Part shown: positions 25,743 through 37,015 of the stretch, in pieces
Numbering within the stretch: the stretch's first letter is position 1
Layout: each line of letters opens with the position of its first letter
Origin: Felis catus
Lineage: Eukaryota
Direction: 5' to 3'
DNA length: 64,000 bases
NCBI RefSeq assembly: GCF_018350175.1
Contig: NC_058368.1
Coordinates: 122,204,001 to 122,268,000, forward strand
The notes under the pieces: model-generated
What the model was told of the DNA's origin: nothing
Databases searched by the model: none
The model's input: the letters and a program-made list of their open reading frames with translations, nothing else
Translations under genes and position numbers: made by a program

Positions 25743-25906
25743 AGGAGTGGGGGAGGGGCATTGAGAGGGGTAGACAGAATCCGAAGCAGGCTCCAGGCTC
25801 TGCACTGTCAGTACAAAGCCCTAAACGGGGCTCAAACTCATGAACTGTGAGATCATGACCTGAGTTGAAGTCAGATGTTTAACCAACTGAGCCACCCAGG
25901 TGTCCT
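25650..25906 (-). mobile_element. Feline SINE with expanded (GA)n (25681-25741)
   Basis: TSD GTAGAAGGCCTTTTC at 25632-25646 and 25908-25922. Confidence 0.95.
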
Positions 25907-26049
25907 GGTAGAAGGCCTTTTCAAAGATAACAGGGCTAGAAAGAGAGCCTGGATTAAAGATGAATCTCTTGTTCTGAGAGCTTGTCCTGAGAGCAATCCA
26001 TATGTAAACACCTATAGTCATTCCTTTTGCTGCCATAATTTCTAGGCAC

Positions 26050-26905
26050 TCGTTCATTCCTTTTTTTTTTTTTTTTTTTTTGGAGCAACTGTTTATTAAA
26101 CACCTGCTGTGTTCCAAGCACTAGCTAGCTGCTGTAGATTCAATGGTAAGCAAAAGATGTGGCCCCTGTCTTGACAGATTCTATTGTAGGATAAATATAC
26201 TCACTAAATGGCCACACAAATGTAAAACTGCAACTGTTATTTATGTTATGAAGGTGAAGCAGAAGGTGCCATAGGAATTTATGACTGCTTGTCCCAGGTG
26301 AATTTCAACTCTCTTCTCAATTTATTTGTTCTTTTGGGAAACACATGATTTTAAAATTTTATAACAAGAGGATTTTATCTCCTCAGAGAGGTCAGGGGAG
26401 GTTTCCCCAAGATGTAAAGTTGTAACAGAAATCTAAGTGTTCATTGGCTACGAAGGGATAGAAGAACATTCCTGGCAGAGGCAACAGCATGTGCTAAGGC
26501 CATGTAGCAAGGGTGTAACAAACTAGAAGGCAAGAGTGACTGAAGCAGAGAGTCAGGGGAGAGGTGGGGTGGCTGAGACCACCCAGGACCATAGGAGGCA
26601 TGTTAAGATGTCTGTCTTATCTTAAGAGGAATAGAAAGTCATGGAGAGTTTTTAAAGCAGGGGAGGGGGCAATTTATATATTATTAGTCATTTTGTTTCA
26701 TAATGATTTTCTTGCATCTAGAATGGCACATCAATTGAGGAAGTGTCCAAGGGCAGATACAAAGTACAGTTTGGAGGCCAAAGTTGATCAATGATGAGTT
26801 GATCCTGAATATGGCAGTCGGAATGGAGAGATGGATAAATTTAAGAGCTATGTGTGCATTAATGTGGACAGGATTTAGAAGTGGAGAAGATACTGAAGAT
26901 GAGGA
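26050..26905 (-). mobile_element. L2 LINE fragment
   Basis: TTTATTAAACACCTGCTGTGTTCCAAGCACT and GAACATTCCTGGCAGAGGCAACAGCATGTGCTAAGGCC. Confidence 0.8.
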
Positions 26906-27044
26906 CAAGAAAAGTGGAAAGGATCACGCTTAGTTTATACTTTGTGGACTGTGACAAGTGATTATTGCCATGAGACCAGCTTTGGCTTCTGCCATATTGG
27001 CCAACCTAGTTCTCCATCCTGGATGCACATTATAATCACCTAAA

Positions 27045-27257
27045 TTTTTTTTAATGTTTATTTATTTTTGAAGGAGAGAGAGGCAGAGCATGAGTGCGGG
27101 AAGGGCAGAGACAGAGAGGAAGACACAGAATCCAAAGCAGGCTCCGGGGTCTGAGCTGTCAGCACAGAGCCCAACATGGGGCTTGAACCCACAAACCGTG
27201 AGATCATGAAATGAGCCAAAATTGGATGCTCAACCGAATGAGCCACCCAGGCGCCCC
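27045..27257 (-). mobile_element. Feline SINE
   Basis: TSD TCACCTAAA at 27036-27044 and 27258-27266. Confidence 0.95.
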
Positions 27258-27287
27258 TCACCTAAAAGTTTTTGTTGTTGTTGTTTT

Positions 27288-27355
<68 letters not shown>

Positions 27356-27639
27356 TCAATATATGAAGTTTATTGTCAAATTGGTTTCCATACAACACCC
27401 AGTGCTCATCCCAAAAGGTGCCCTCAATACCCATCACCCACCCTCCCCTCCCTCCCACCCCCTACCAACCCTCAGTTTGTTCTCAGTTTTTAAGGGTCTC
27501 TAATGCTTTGGCTCTCTTCCACTCTAACCTTTTTTTTTTCCTTCCCCTCCCCCATGGGTTTCTGTTAAGTTTCTCAGGATCCACATAAGAGTGAAACCAT
27601 ACAGAGAAAGACAGATACCATATGGTTTCACTCTTATGT
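27288..27639 (-). mobile_element. Short feline L1 3' end with (CTTT)n-converted tail and 5' inversion
   Basis: Antisense copy of the L1 3'UTR seen at 29280-29530. 27601-27639 is in the opposite orientation. TGTTGTTTTT occurs on both flanks. Confidence 0.92.
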
Positions 27640-27764
27640 TGTTTTTTAAATAGTGGCATTCAAATACTATTTCCAGAGATCCTAGTTTACTTGGCTAGGG
27701 TGAGGTCTGGGCAGTGGTGCTTTTTCCAATCTCCTGGGGGTGATTCCAGAATGCCACCATGGTT

Positions 27765-27987
27765 GGGGCACTTGGGTGGCTCAGTCGGTTAAGTGGCCAA
27801 CTTCAGCTCAGGTCACAATCTCAAGGTTCATGAGTTCAAGCCAGACATCAGGCTCTGTGCTGACAGCTCGGAGCCTAGAATCTGCTTCAGATTCTGTGTC
27901 TCCCTCTCTCTCTGCCCCTCTGCTGCTTGTTCGCTTGCTCTCTCTCTCTCTCAAAAAATAAAAATAAAATAAATAAAATAAATAAAT
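27765..27987 (+). mobile_element. Feline SINE
   Basis: 17-bp TSD AGAATGCCACCATGGTT at 27748-27764 and 27988-28004. Confidence 0.96.
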
Positions 27988-28246
27988 AGAATGCCACCAT
28001 GGTTGAAAACTCACCACCATTGAAAACCACTGCTCCAAACAATCCCCTAGGGGATCTTATGTGGTTTCTTCTCTATCTGATTATACCTCACCATAAAGAG
28101 ACAATACCATGATCTTCAGAGGCAAATTGATTTGCCTCTGAGAAAGAAACAGATTTGCAGGAAATCATGACAAATGGGGCACAGAGCAGATTAGGAAGTA
28201 GCCAAACACACCCGGTCAAGGGAGGGGGGGGGTCAGTTCAGTAGAT

Positions 28247-29556
28247 AAGAATATCCAATGGAAAAAAGACAGTCTCTTTAACAAATGGTGTTGGGACAAC
28301 TGGACAGCAACATGCAGAAGAATGCAACTAGACCACTTTCTTACACCATTCAGAAAAATAAACTCAAAATGGATGAAGGACCTGAATGTGAGACAGGAAA
28401 CCATCAAAACCCTAGAGAAGAAAGCAGGGAAAAACCTCTCTGACCTCAGCCACAGCAATTTCTTACTTGACACATCCCCAAAGGCAAGGGAATTAAAAAC
28501 AAAAATGAACTATTGGGACCTCATGAAGATAAAAAGCTTCTGCACAGCAAAGGAAACAATCAACAAAACTAAAAGGCAACCGATCAGAATGGGAAAAGAT
28601 ATTTGCAAATGATATATCGGACAAAGGGCTAGTATCCAAAATCTATAAAGAGCTCACCAAACTCCACACCCGAAAAACAAATAATCCAGTGAAGAAATGG
28701 GCAGAAGACATGAATAGACACTTCTCTAAAGAAGACATCCAGATGGCCAACAGGCATATGAAAAGATGCTCAATGTCACTCCTCATCAGGGAAATACAAA
28801 TCAAAACCACACTCAGACACCACCTCATGCCAGTCAGAGTGGCTAAAATGAATAAATCAGGAGACTATAGATGCTGGCGAGGATGTGGAGAAACGGGAAC
28901 CCTCTTGCACTGTTGGTAGGAATGCAAACTGGTGCAGCCGCTCTGGAAAATAGTGTGGAGGTTCCTCAAAAAATTAAAAATAGACCTATCCTATGACCCA
29001 GCAGTAGCACTGCTAGGAATTTACCCAAGGGATACAGGAGTGCTGATGCATAGGGGCACTTGTACCCCAATGTTTATAGCCGCACTCTCAACAATAGCTA
29101 AATTATGGAAAGAGCCTAAATGTCCATCAACTGATGAATGGATAAAGAAATTGTGGTTTATATACACAATGGAATACTATGTGGCAATGAGAAAGAATGA
29201 AATATGGCTTTTTGTAACAACGTGGATGGAACTGGAGAGTGTTATGCTAAGTGAAATAAGTCATGCAGAGAAGGACAGATTCCATATGTTTTCACTCCTA
29301 TGTGGATCCTGAGAAACTTAGCGGAAGACCATGGGGGAGGGGAAGGACAAAAAATGGTTAGAGAAGGAGGGAGCCAAAACATAAGAGACTCCTTAAAACT
29401 GAGAACAAACTGAGGGTTTATGGGGGTGGGAGGGAGGGTTGGGTGGGTGATGGGCATTGAGGAGGGCACCTGTTGGGATGAGCATTGGGTGTTGTATGGA
29501 AACCAATTTGACAATAAATTTCATATTAAAAAAAATTAAAAAATTAAAAAAAGAAA
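28247..29556 (+). mobile_element. Young feline L1, 5'-truncated (~1.3 kb), disrupted ORF2 C-terminus
   Basis: ORFs 28322-28612, 28689-28919 and 28932-29312 are L1 ORF2p, including the Cys/His motif [15 protein letters not shown]. One frameshift near 28585 and a premature TAG at 28917-28919. G-rich 3'UTR, AATAAA and A-tail follow. Confidence 0.97.
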
Positions 29557-29635
29557 CTCAAACTCAAAGAAAAGTCATAAACTCTGCCACTAATAGGCAA
29601 CCTTTTCATCTTTCAGTGAAAGTATTGGACTAGAC

Positions 29636-29795
29636 CAGAGGTTCTCAAACTCCAACTCACTTTAGTATCACATGGGGGCATGGTTCAAACACAGATTGCG
29701 GAGTCCCACCCTCTGAGCATTAGATGGAGTGAGTCTGGGGTGGGGCCTGAAAATCTGAATTACTGAATACCTCCCAGGTGATGCTGAGCTGCTCC
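29636..29795. mobile_element. MER5A hAT MITE (partial)
   Basis: CAGAGGTTCTCAAACT...GTCTGGGGTGGGGCCTGAAAATCTG...CCCAGGTGATGCTGA. Confidence 0.85.
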
Positions 29796-29802
29796 AGGCA
29801 CC

Positions 29803-30036
29803 AAGGCTGGGATGAAGGTGCCATCAGCAAAGAGAGGGAACCTAAGACAGATCCAGTCTTTACCAAAGAGATCCTGTCTTTATTTAAATGTTGATATTTT
29901 ATTCATCATAAATGCTAATTTTGATTTTTAAAAACCACATTAAGCTATTATTTATTTGAATATTGAGGTTTTTGGTGCCTCTTTACATTTGGCACCCAAA
30001 AAGTGGGCCTCATTCACTTGATTCTGATCCCAGCTA
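29803..30036. mobile_element. MER91-like hAT-Tip100 element
   Basis: Ends GGCTGGGAT...ATCCCAGC are inverted. Internal GTCTTTATTTAAATGTTGATATTTT and GAGGTTTTTGGTGCC. Confidence 0.55.
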
Positions 30037-33000
30037 TCCAAGGACCCCAGGAAGAGGATTTGGATGAATTCTAAGGGCACTTCAAGCTCCAACATTTCAT
30101 TAAACAAGAAGGAAGGTGGTGGTAAGTTGAAGGACTCTAAAGCCAAGCTGTCAGTGTTCGGAGGGTGGAAGTGGGCTCTTCCACTGACAAGCTGCATAGA
30201 TTTGGGGAAGTTGCTAAACCTCTCTGGGCCTCTGTTTTTCCTTATCTACAATGTCAAGACAGTAATACAGATCACACAACTTTGTGGTAACTGGCTGAGA
30301 TAACACATATGAAGTACACCAGTACACCTTGTGGGTTGACTGCTTGTGAGCAGTCACCATCCTTAGCAAATGCCTCTTGTTTTTGAAGCTCCTTTCTCAT
30401 TAGGATTACCCTGACTTCTTTGAGACTTGAAAGGAAACTTTTTTTCAAAGCTTTTTATTACTTATCCAGTCATACAGCTTATTGTTTCTCATGATTTTCC
30501 AATTTGTTCCTTGTGAACTGGCTTCTCCTTGATCCCAAAGAGACCATCTATAAGGTTACCATAATGCAATGCAGCATCGTGTACAAAAGTCTTTGGAAAA
30601 ACCAAGACAAACTTGTGGACCGACACTCACTATTTCTTGAACATGTATGAAATAATTAGCCAGTCCCTCCAACAGAGTTCAGGAATCCTCTCATTTATTT
30701 TGTGGAATACACATATTTGTATAAAGGGGAGAATGACAGTCACTGGCTCCTGACAGGTAAGTCATGGTTTCTGCAAATGTAGTAACCATTTGTCAAGTTT
30801 TGTAGTAAACGAGTGTTCCCAGTTTGCAGATTTTTTTGGCGTGGCTCTAGTTTCTTTAGAGAACCAGGTGAAATGAATGGGGAGGTTTAAAGGGGAGGAA
30901 GCTCAGGCCCCTCATTCAGACATCTTCAGGCTGGAGTCTGTACCATCTCTCCAGCGTCAGGCCTGCCAATGCTCACTATCCGTCCTCACAAATACGACTT
31001 AGGGCTGTTTGTGAACTTACTGTGTAAAGTCACCCCCTTCCTGCACTGCTCAGGCTGTTTATCCACCTGGAATGGACCATCCCTGCTTCTCCATATCAAA
31101 ATAATGTTCATCTGTTGAGGTCTAACTTAAGTGTCACCTCTAAGGACTCTTCCGCAATCTCCCATGTTCCACGTCACTGTGGTTGTTCCAGTCAGCTTCT
31201 GTCAGAACACTTGGAAGTCTGGGTTTTCCATTTTGGCAAACCATCCTTGATAAGTTATTTATCCTCCATAGGAGACACTCAAGTCTAATTTTTGTTGGGT
31301 TGGTTGTCAAAGTAACTTTGGTTGACAAACTTTAATCCACAACCAAAAGAAAAGAACCCTAGCTTATATTCAGAGAATTGAGCTTGATTTTTTTGTTGTT
31401 GCATTCTCATCAGAGCATGGTAAGTGATATTCACAAGTCAGGTCAACAAACGGATGCATCCTTAGATCAGGCTGTTTGGGCCTCTCTACTGATCATACTT
31501 TAATATGTAATCTACTTGAACTAAGAAGTATTATAATGACCCCTATAAAACCCACTGCCATATTACTGTCAGAAAGTTCTTCAAGAAATCCTGTACTGTG
31601 CCTTTACTAACCACTGGGGAAACTGTTTCCATAATTGAGGACCAAAAAAAAAAAATGTACTTCTTCTAAGCAACTGCTGGTCTTTCATCTTGTTGATAAC
31701 AGTAAATCCTGTCCTGTTTTTTCTTTTGCCCTGGCTGTAGAAAGTTCTGAGTAAACAATTGTAGGAGTGTTGATGACAGTGACTCTATCTTTGGCCCTCC
31801 ATCTTGTCCATGCCTGTGTAATGACCTCCCTCGGGGCTACATGTTCCAGGCCTTGCAGAGTAATATAAGCCCTGAATGGATTGAGAGAAGGTTTGTCCTC
31901 ATCTTCCCTAAAGGAAGGGCACAGAGAGCCCACTTTGGGTAACTAGTTCAGATGACTGCGCACAGAAGGCCCCACCTCAGGTAACTATCCTGTGACTTCA
32001 CCACCATGCTTGTCATTCCCTAAAAGCTGGGGATGGAGGTCCTGATACGGGTGGAGAATAGGGATGGAAAATAGTCTTGTGGAGAATGTCCCTGATCTCA
32101 TCTGCCTGCCTGCCCACTTGCTCCTATCACTAAGTTACTCCAAATACAACTCCATAAATGGTAAGGAGGGGCTTGATGGATGTTTCAGTATTAAGTGTCT
32201 TTCCAGTCTGGAGGACACGTTACTGATGCACCTCCACTTTCTGAAAGCATGCTAGAGAATGTTTTGGTGTGCGTTTTTTACATTGATCCTATTCCTGGCT
32301 TCACATTATTTTCCTAACTTTATTTATTTTTTAGTCTTACTTCCATTTATTTAGTATTTTCCTTTTTTGTTTCTTCATTCCTGTAAGACACTTTGAAATT
32401 TTTTATTAAAAAGGTAGGGGGTAGCTTCTTAAATGACTAATGTTTTCTTAAAGGCAGATAATATGTCTTATTTGTTTTGTATTTCCAAAGCAAAACCTAT
32501 AATGTGACAAATCTGTATGTGTTTTTAAAAGGAAAAACAATGGAATGAAGGAGAAATTAAAGTTGTTGGTGGAAGTATCTACAACCTATTCATACATCTA
32601 GACAAATAGTAGAAAAACCCAAGAAACATTAGGACAATGGAAACCACACCAAATATTTTAGAATATCTGAAAATGTAGAGATATTGTTTTATATGTTTCT
32701 GACTGATTTTTAATATTGGACAGATAATTTAGTTTATATTCAGATATTTGGCATACATAGACACACTTACCAACTTAACAACTACTCCAAGTGCAAGGTT
32801 AGTGTTAAAACAATTATACTTTATTTTTTTGAATCTTTTTTTTATATACTTTTTTGGCTCAAGATATTGGTTCTGGGGATAATTCAATGCTTTTTCTAGT
32901 ACTCAGTATAGCCATTCTAATACAGAAATGTTTTGAGTATAAAATGACACGAGAAAGCACTTTGTAAAGTTAGAAGTCTTCATCAAAATCAATATGATAT

Positions 33001-33189
33001 GTATTTATTCAAAAGCATACACCTTTCAGGGGCATTCATTTATCTGTCAGAAGGAAATTCCAATTTTGTGGTCTAACATAAAAGGGCTATAAATGCAGTG
33101 TATATAAAGCATATATATTCTGACACAAACCAGCAATACACAAAACCAAGTAACAGTCACTGCTGAGTACATGTTGTATGTGGAGTCAA

Positions 33190-34031
33190 CCCAGACTCCT
33201 CTCTTTGTCACATACTCCACAGCTAGCTGGTCAACTAACCTGACTGCCACCGACCAGCTTCAGAGCTGAACTGAGCCACCATCCTCCATAATAATCATGA
33301 TAGTTACCAACTAAAGTCTCGCTGTTGCCTTGTCCCTGTTCACATATGCCCCACACAGAACCCAAGATGCCCTTGAGAAATCTATTAGACCATGGTACTC
33401 CTCTGTGCAAAACCCTCCAGTGGCTTCCCATCTGACTCAGAGAAAAAGTGGAAGTTTCTGCAATGCTCCTCCTCTATAACCTCACAGGACACTTTTCCAG
33501 TACTGCCTCTTCCTCACCCCTATCCAAGCCACTTGTCCTCTTTATTGTACTTTAAATATGATAGGCATGCTTATGGCCTTTCATGTTGTTCTTGGTGTCT
33601 TGAATACTCTTACCCAACGTTTCCATACGGCTCATTTTCTTACCTATTTTATGTAGTTGTTCATGTCACCTACTATTAGGTGTGTTAGGTTAGGGTTAGG
33701 TTACCTACGATTTAAATTATGAATGCTTTACCTTTATATTTACCTACTATTTAAATTATGAATGCTTTCCCTTCCTTACACAGGAGCTTTCTATATTTTC
33801 CCTTGCTTAGTTTTGTTTCATAATAATTATCACCTTCTAACTTTCAACCAATCTCTGTCTCTCTCCTTCCATACATGTATAACAATAAAATAACCAATTC
33901 ATATGTATTAATCACATGGATAAGAATTATTTATCTGTATATATATTTTTATGATTATTTGTGTGTGTGTATACATATATATATATACGTATATATACAC
34001 ATACATGTGTATATATATACATATATATATG

Positions 34032-34087
<56 letters not shown>

Positions 34088-34192
34088 CTTTGTTTCCTCC
34101 AGTAAACGAACTCTATGAAAACAGAAATTGTTGACACATTGATATTGCCTCAGTACATAAAACAGTGTCTGATACTTGTTGAATGAATGAGT
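33190..34192 (+). mobile_element. L2 LINE 3' fragment with embedded microsatellite
   Basis: CTCCTCTGTGCAAAACCCTCCAGTGGCTTCCCATCTGACTCAGAG, ending ACTTGTTGAATGAATGA. Confidence 0.8.
33960..34088. repeat. Compound (TG)/(TA)/(CA) microsatellite
   Basis: Directly visible. Long (TA)n core. Confidence 0.95.
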
Positions 34193-35199
34193 AAACCTTC
34201 CCAGACCCTCCTTCCTCCAATCAATTTTACAAACTTCAGTGGCATTAATTTCTTAGGTCATTGCCCTGTTCTAAATTCTCATTGACTTGCTATGTCTCTA
34301 GAAGGAAGTTCACATTGCTCAATAAGAAGAGTGACTTCCTACCCACATTTCAATTTATATTCTCACTACCCTTTTTTATGCTTCATCCAAACTGATCTCC
34401 CTTGCTTACTACCATTGTATGTGCTACACATTTTACCACCTCTGTAACTATGTTTAAACTATTTACTCTACATGGAATGTCCTTCCCTCGTCTCTTGGAA
34501 GATCCAAATTTTAATTGTATTTTAATGCCTAGATCAAATGCCATCTCCTCCACAGAGTTTCTCTGGTCCCTCCAGCAGGAAGCCATCTGTCTCCCTTTTT
34601 TCTGAGTCGTACTCTTGGCTAACTCTCTCGAAACACATCACTATATTGTAGAGAGCATTGCATAGAGTTATGAATTTTGAATCTCAGAGTGTAACCTTGA
34701 GCATACTCTTTAGCACTCTCAATCTTAGTTCTCTCATCATAAAACAAGGACAACAGTAGCTTACTTACATTATAATTATGAGTGAAACAAGATAATGGAT
34801 GCGAATGTGATTTTCTCATTATCACCACCAACATCATCATTTCTTCCTTGCAATATAGTTACACAATTTTTCCTGCCGAAATGTAAGCTTCCTGAAAAAT
34901 GTAATAAATGTCTAATTCACCTCTTCACATATCCAGGTACTCAGTAAATATTTGTTGAGTAAATTTGAGAATCAAGACCATGACTTTGTCCTCTGAGTTA
35001 AAGTAAAGATTCTTGCTAAAAAAATAGCAATTTTTACACTCATATTCTATCAAGTAAATCCATTCCTGTCTGACTTTTAGTTCTCAGATATTGTTTGCAT
35101 CGAATTTGTAGCTCACTAGTATTAGGTTTTCTTATTGTATTTCTCAGTGTACATAAAGAATTCATTAGTTAAGAAAATACCAACCTAAATCTTTCTGAA

Positions 35200-36360
35200 A
35201 GAAGCCCAAGGAAATGTAAGGTCAGGAAAGAAAGTGCAAGAGAAAAAATAAAGTTCAACAAGGTGTGGTCCCTGCTACAGATGAGACAGTCACATACACA
35301 GATACCCTGTGGAGTCAACACTCAGTAAGTGACAGAAAAGAAGGGGGCCCAGAGTGCTATGAGAACTCAGGGGGAGCATCTTCAGTTCCTTTGTGTTGTT
35401 TGAAGTATTTCCTAGAGGAGATGATGCCTGAGCTACACTATACGGATGAGTAAAAATTAGTCAAAAGAAGATAAGTGAAATGCTAGCCAGAAAACAAGAC
35501 ATAAACAAAGTTAAGAAGACCTGAAATAATATGATCTACGCTGGATCCTACAGGCATTTTAGCATGATTACAGTTTCCATTCCAGGGCAAGGCATAGAAA
35601 AACACAAAGGTAGAGCGATAATTGTAGGCTAAGTCATAGAATACCCTGAGCAGTTCACCCTGAACTTTATTTTGTAGGTGAAGGGGAAACTGGAAGGAGG
35701 TTAGACAGGATAGGGACATGGTAGATTTCTCTGGCTGTAGGTAGAGGCCAGACATGAGGAACATAAGAACAAAAGCAGAAATAAAACAAACTAAAAACAA
35801 AACAGGGAAGTAGTGCAATAGAAATCAGCTGGATTTGGTGATTGGTATGTAAAGTGGATGGGGAGGAAGGAGGAACTTGGGTTTCTGTTTAGCTGAATGA
35901 GCAGAAGGTGATGCCAATCACCGAGACAGGGCATTGATGAGAAGGAGCAGAACAGTGTCTGGGCATGTGGAAAGAAGATGATGATTCAGTCTTAGCTACT
36001 CTGGAACATCAGTACTCAGAGTCCTAACCTTAGGGAAGAGATATGAGCTGGAGATAATGTTTTAGTGTCATCAGAACATAGAGTGGTTAAACCACTGGAA
36101 CACATACACTTACTCAAGGATAGAGTTCAAGTAGTCTGTTCACCAGAATTGTCGTGAACATACCACGGAAAGCAGAGGAGGTGGAGCCCACAGAGGAAGC
36201 TTGGTAGGAATGAGGAGAGAAAGAGAAGGATAGAATCAAATGAAAATAAATTTGTAGACACTAAGGGAGTAGAGAACATCAGGAAGGAGGGAATAATCAG
36301 TAGTGTCAAATACAGCTTCAGTGTAAAGTAAGTGTTTCTTAGATTTGGCAAAGGCATTTC
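35200..36360 (-). mobile_element. Degenerate L2 LINE
   Basis: CCTAGAGGAGATGATGCCTGAGCT, GGATTTGGTGATTGG, GGTGATGCCAATCACCGAGACAGGG. Confidence 0.65.
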
Positions 36361-36637
36361 ACATTAGGCTTGGAGCAAGAATAAGAGGAAGAAAGGGTTA
36401 AGCTTGATGTGTGGAAAAGATGATGTAATGTTAACAGATGACAGAGAGAAGAAGCATGTAACATTTCTGTTGCTTATCTATTCCATCAAGGACAATGATC
36501 TTCGAACTCGGAAGGTAGAGCCAATGGCTTTAATGGAGAGAATTAAAGCCCAAGCTAAATTAGAATATAGGGAAGACAGGATTGTGTTGTTTTACAGATA
36601 AGTAATTCTTCCAGGTCTAGATGACTTATATTCTAGG

Positions 36638-36653
36638 ACACACACACACAAGT

Positions 36654-36689
<36 letters not shown>
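36638..36689. repeat. (CA)n microsatellite, interrupted
   Basis: Directly visible. Confidence 0.95.
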
Positions 36690-36692
<3 letters not shown>

Positions 36693-36810
36693 CTGCAAGA
36701 CGGTTTTAGAACTTCTGTCAGAAAACTTTAAGTATCATAGATAAAAACGTCAAGGATGCTAAAAGATTGAGAGTCAACTAAAAATAGAAGCTCATAAAAA
36801 TTGTGTTCAT

Positions 36811-37015
36811 GGGGCGCCTGGCTGGTGCAGTTGGTTAAGCGTCCGACTTCAGCCAGGTCACGATCTCACGGTCCGTGAGTTCGAGCCCCGCGTCAGGCTC
36901 CAGGCTGATGGCTCAGAGCCTGGAGCCTGTTTCCGATTCTGTGTCTCCCTCTCTCTCTGCCCCTCCCCCGTTCATGCTCTGTCTCTCTCTGTCCCAAAAA
37001 TAAATAAACGTTGAA
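36811..37015 (+). mobile_element. Young SINEC_Fc
   Basis: CpG-rich. TSD AAAAATTGTGTTCA at 36796-36809 and 37016-37029. Confidence 0.97.

Larger units (their letters stand above)
27005..28032. mobile_element. MER5-like hAT MITE split by three younger insertions
   Basis: Pieces at ~27005-27044, ~27640-27764 and ~27988-28032 join into a MER5-like unit (CTGGATGCACATTATAATCACCT...GGTGATTCC...TGAAAACCACTG). Confidence 0.65.

Noticed and set aside
28322..29312. L1 ORF2-like ORFs as a functional CDS
   Set aside because: 5'-truncated (no EN/RT domains), frameshifted, and carries a premature stop.
30541..30650. Short open frame TIYKVTIMQCSIVYKSLWKNQDKLVDRHSLFLEH as a coding exon
   Set aside because: Not recognised, splice sites are weak, and there are no partner exons.
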